Below, one piece after another: positions 53,012-56,230 of a stretch of 56,230 bases of DNA. Within the stretch, counting starts at the first letter, position 1, and each line of letters starts with the position of its first letter. This stretch comes from Octopus sinensis (Eukaryota), in contig NW_021832962.1 in the NCBI RefSeq assembly GCF_006345805.1, forward strand, positions 1-56,230, in the 5' to 3' direction. The notes under the pieces were generated by a model. The model saw only the letters and a list, made by a program, of their open reading frames with translations, searched no databases and was not told the origin of the DNA. Position numbers and translations under genes: made by a program.

Positions 53012-53230
53012 GTGAGCGGTAAGCTGGCAGAATCGTTAGCGCGCCGGACGAAACACTTAGCAGCATTTCGTCCATCTTGGCGTTTTATATTCAAATTCCG
53101 CCCAGATTCGTATTTAACTTTCATCCTTTCGGAGTCGAAAAATATAAGTACCAGTTATGTGACTGGGGTCGTTATAATCGACTTATCCCCTCTCCCAAAA
53201 TTACTGGCCTTGCGTCAAAATATGTAAACA
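53012..53230 (+). mobile_element. SINE B-related variant
   Basis: Head AGCTGGCAGAATCGTTAGC and core TTTCATCCTTTCGGAGTCGAAAAATATAAGTACCAG. Confidence 0.8.
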
Positions 53231-53853
53231 ATTTCTATACTTAAATTTCTTCCTATTTTTCAATAGTAGCAGCAGCAGCAGCAGCAGTAGTAGTAGCAGT
53301 AGTAGTAGTAGTAGTAGTAAGTAGTAGTGGGGTGTTGCAGTTGTGATGGTAGAGGTGATGGTTATAATAGGAGTAGTAGCAACAATATTAATAGGTGATG
53401 GTGTTGGTGGTGGTAAAGAAAGCTTTCGTGCTGGTGGTAGTGGTGGTGGTGGTGGAGGTGTTTTTCTTATTCCAGCGCATGTTGTTTTTGTTCTTCTATA
53501 TTGTTGCAGGTGAAGAGGAAATTTTCGAAAAAAATTAATTAACAAAAACCTGGAAATTTAATTGACGAGATAAATGTTTTATTTGATGATAATTACACTC
53601 TGACAAACAATATATGCAACCAATGGCAATATGTATGTTGTTTACACTTACACACACATAAATGCACACAAACACACATGTATATGCACTATTGCGTGCA
53701 CATATATACTTCATACGCCAGAGAGAGAGAATGAGAAGAGAGAAGAATATAGATAGATAGTAAGACAGATGCATACATACACACATACATAATACATAGA
53801 CATACAAACAGTTAGACAGACAGAGAGACTGACTGACAAATAGGTAGATGGAG

Positions 53854-53954
<101 letters not shown>

Positions 53955-53955
53955 T

Positions 53956-54036
<81 letters not shown>

Positions 54037-54067
54037 AGATAGATAGATAGATAGATAGATAGATATG

Positions 54068-54400
54068 TTTCTTTATTAGCCACACGGGGCTGAACACAGA
54101 GGGGACAAATTACAAAGTAGAGCTTTTCTTTTTGGGTAGAAAAAAAGGGAAAAGAAAAAAAGGGTGTAGGTTTTCGATCAAAGGGGATCGTAAAAAAAAT
54201 TAAATTAAACGATCAATAGGGATTGTGTATCACTGAAATGTCATGATGTAAAGTGTAAAGGGGGAAACAGATAAGGTTTATCTGTAGAAAGAAAAGCCTA
54301 CGGAAAAGACCACGGTAACCTTGGTCAATAATGTCACATGTTAACACATTTATTTGCAAATAAGTAACTCTCTGTTTTAAATGTTTCCGGGTTCATAGGA
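54068..54400 (-). mobile_element. Repeat family D
   Basis: Matches 41510-41778 in the opposite orientation and is embedded in (GATA)n. Confidence 0.65.
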
Positions 54401-54618
54401 TTATGCTCAGATAGATAGATAGATAGATAGACAGACAGGTAGATGGATAGCTAGATAGACAGACAGAGAGATATATACATATAATACCTACATACATAAT
54501 ACATAGACAGACAGACAGACAGACAAACAGACTGACTGACAGACAGACTGACTGATAGAGAGACAGATAGATAAACAGATAGATAGAGAGACAGACAGAT
54601 ATACCGATATATAGATAG

Positions 54619-54680
<62 letters not shown>

Positions 54681-54720
54681 TTAGATAGATAGATAGATAG
54701 TTAGACAAACAGATAGACAT

Positions 54721-54765
<45 letters not shown>

Positions 54766-55004
54766 AAGAGAGAGAGAGAAAAGACAGACAGACGAATACA
54801 CAGTCAGGCAAGGTAACAGACAGACAAGCACAACGGATCGAGAGATTTTGTTTCGTCCTCGTTAGAATTCTCGTTAGAATCTGTTGAATGACAATCTGAA
54901 AACCAAACTCTGCAGAAAATAGTTGTTACTTGAGACCCAACAGTGAAGTCACTTACATATTGGTATTAGCATAACAATTAACAAATGATTATGTTCTTGT
55001 CACT

Positions 55005-56230
55005 TTTGTGGTTCTTGTAGTTGTTGTCGCTGTTGCTGGTGTTGTTGCAGTTTTTGTTGCAGTTACAGTTACAGTTTTTGCTGCTATTGTTATTGCAGAT
55101 TTTGTTGTTGTTGTTGCTATTGTTGTTGCAGTTTCTGTTGCTCTTGTTGCAGATTTTGATGCTGATGTGGTTGCAGTTTTGTTGCTCTTGTTGCAGTTGT
55201 CGCTGCTCTTGTTGTTGCAGTTTTTTCGGCTATTATTGTTGTAGTTTTGTAGCTGTTATTGTTGCAGTTTTTGTTGCTGCTGTTGTTGCAGATTTTACTG
55301 CTATTGTTGTTGCAGTTTTGGTGCTATCATTGTTGCAGTTCGTGTTGCTGTTGTTGTCGCAGATTTTGTTGCTGATGTTGTTGCAGTTTTGTTGCTGTTA
55401 TTATTGCTGTTGATGTTGCTGGTATTGTTGCAGTTTTTGTTACTGTTCTTGTTGCAGTTTTTTTCGTTGTTGTTGCTGTTGTTGCAGTTTTTGTCGTTGT
55501 TGTTGCAGTTTCTGTTGCTGCTGTTGTTACCGTTGTTGTTGTTGTTGTAGTTGCTAGTGTATTTCTTGCTTTTTGTTGTTGCTGTTGTTGTTGATGCAGT
55601 TTTTTGGAGGGGGTTTATTAGCACTATTGCAGTTTTTGCTGTTGTTGCTAATACAGTTTTTTTTTCTGCATTTGTTGTCGCAAATGCATTTTTGCGGGCT
55701 GTCGCTGTTGTTACTATTGCAGTTTTTCTTGTCGCTGTTTTTGCTATTACAGTTCTTGATTTTGTTGTAGTTGCTATTGCAGTTTTGGTTATTTCTTTTT
55801 GATGTTGCAAATTCTCATGTCGTTCTTGTTGCTATTACGATTTACGTTTTTTAATTTTGTTGTAGTTGGTTTGGAAATTTTCGTTATTTTTTCTGTTGTT
55901 GCTATTGCAGTTTCTATTTGTTTTTTGTTGTTGCTATTGTAGTTTTTGTTTGTTTTCTTTTTTGCTGCTATTGCAGTTGTTTTTTATACTGCCGTTTTTT
56001 GCTTTCTTGCTGGTGCGATTGCAGGTTTTGTTTTGTAGTTGTTGTTATTGTTGCTATTGCAGTTTTTCTTTCTAATTGGTGGTGATGGTGTTGGTGGTGG
56101 TGTTGCCGATGATAGTGTTGTTGGTGGTGGTGATGTTGCTATTGCAGATTTTGTGTTTTGTTGGTGTTGCTTTTGTAGTTTTTTGAAGTTTGTTGATGTT
56201 GCTAATGCAGTTTTTCTTGCTGTTGCTGCT
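55005..56230. repeat. Degenerate (TTG)n field with a recurring TTGCAG(T/A)TTT motif
   Basis: The motif recurs at irregular spacing of roughly 12-40 bp. Confidence 0.85.

Overview
Eukaryotic, AT-rich, repeat-saturated DNA. The SINE families and the very heavy microsatellite load resemble an Octopus (cephalopod) genome; this is an inference from recognition, not from a search. I found no convincing host protein-coding gene, and nearly all ORFs in the track are translations of simple repeats. Between the microsatellites is a dense set of decayed transposons: tRNA-derived SINEs (about 4 families), three fragments of R4/Dong-like restriction-like-endonuclease LINEs, three clear (plus one weak) Penelope-like element (PLE) coding fragments, Tc1/mariner and hAT remnants and MITEs, possible Helitron-type non-autonomous elements, and minisatellites. 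The most notable signal is not in the ORF track. At least four unrelated non-coding repeat families each carry a minimal type I hammerhead ribozyme motif with a palindromic stem III (about 13.4/13.7 kb, 31.0/31.2 kb, 31.5/32.1 kb and 39.0/39.7 kb; a decayed solo motif lies at 43.8 kb). Each of the four sits as a divergent inverted pair, left arm on - and right arm on +. One is fused to a tRNA-derived Pol III head. This fits PLE-mobilised, retrozyme-like non-autonomous elements. Most copies carry substitutions, and activity is untested.
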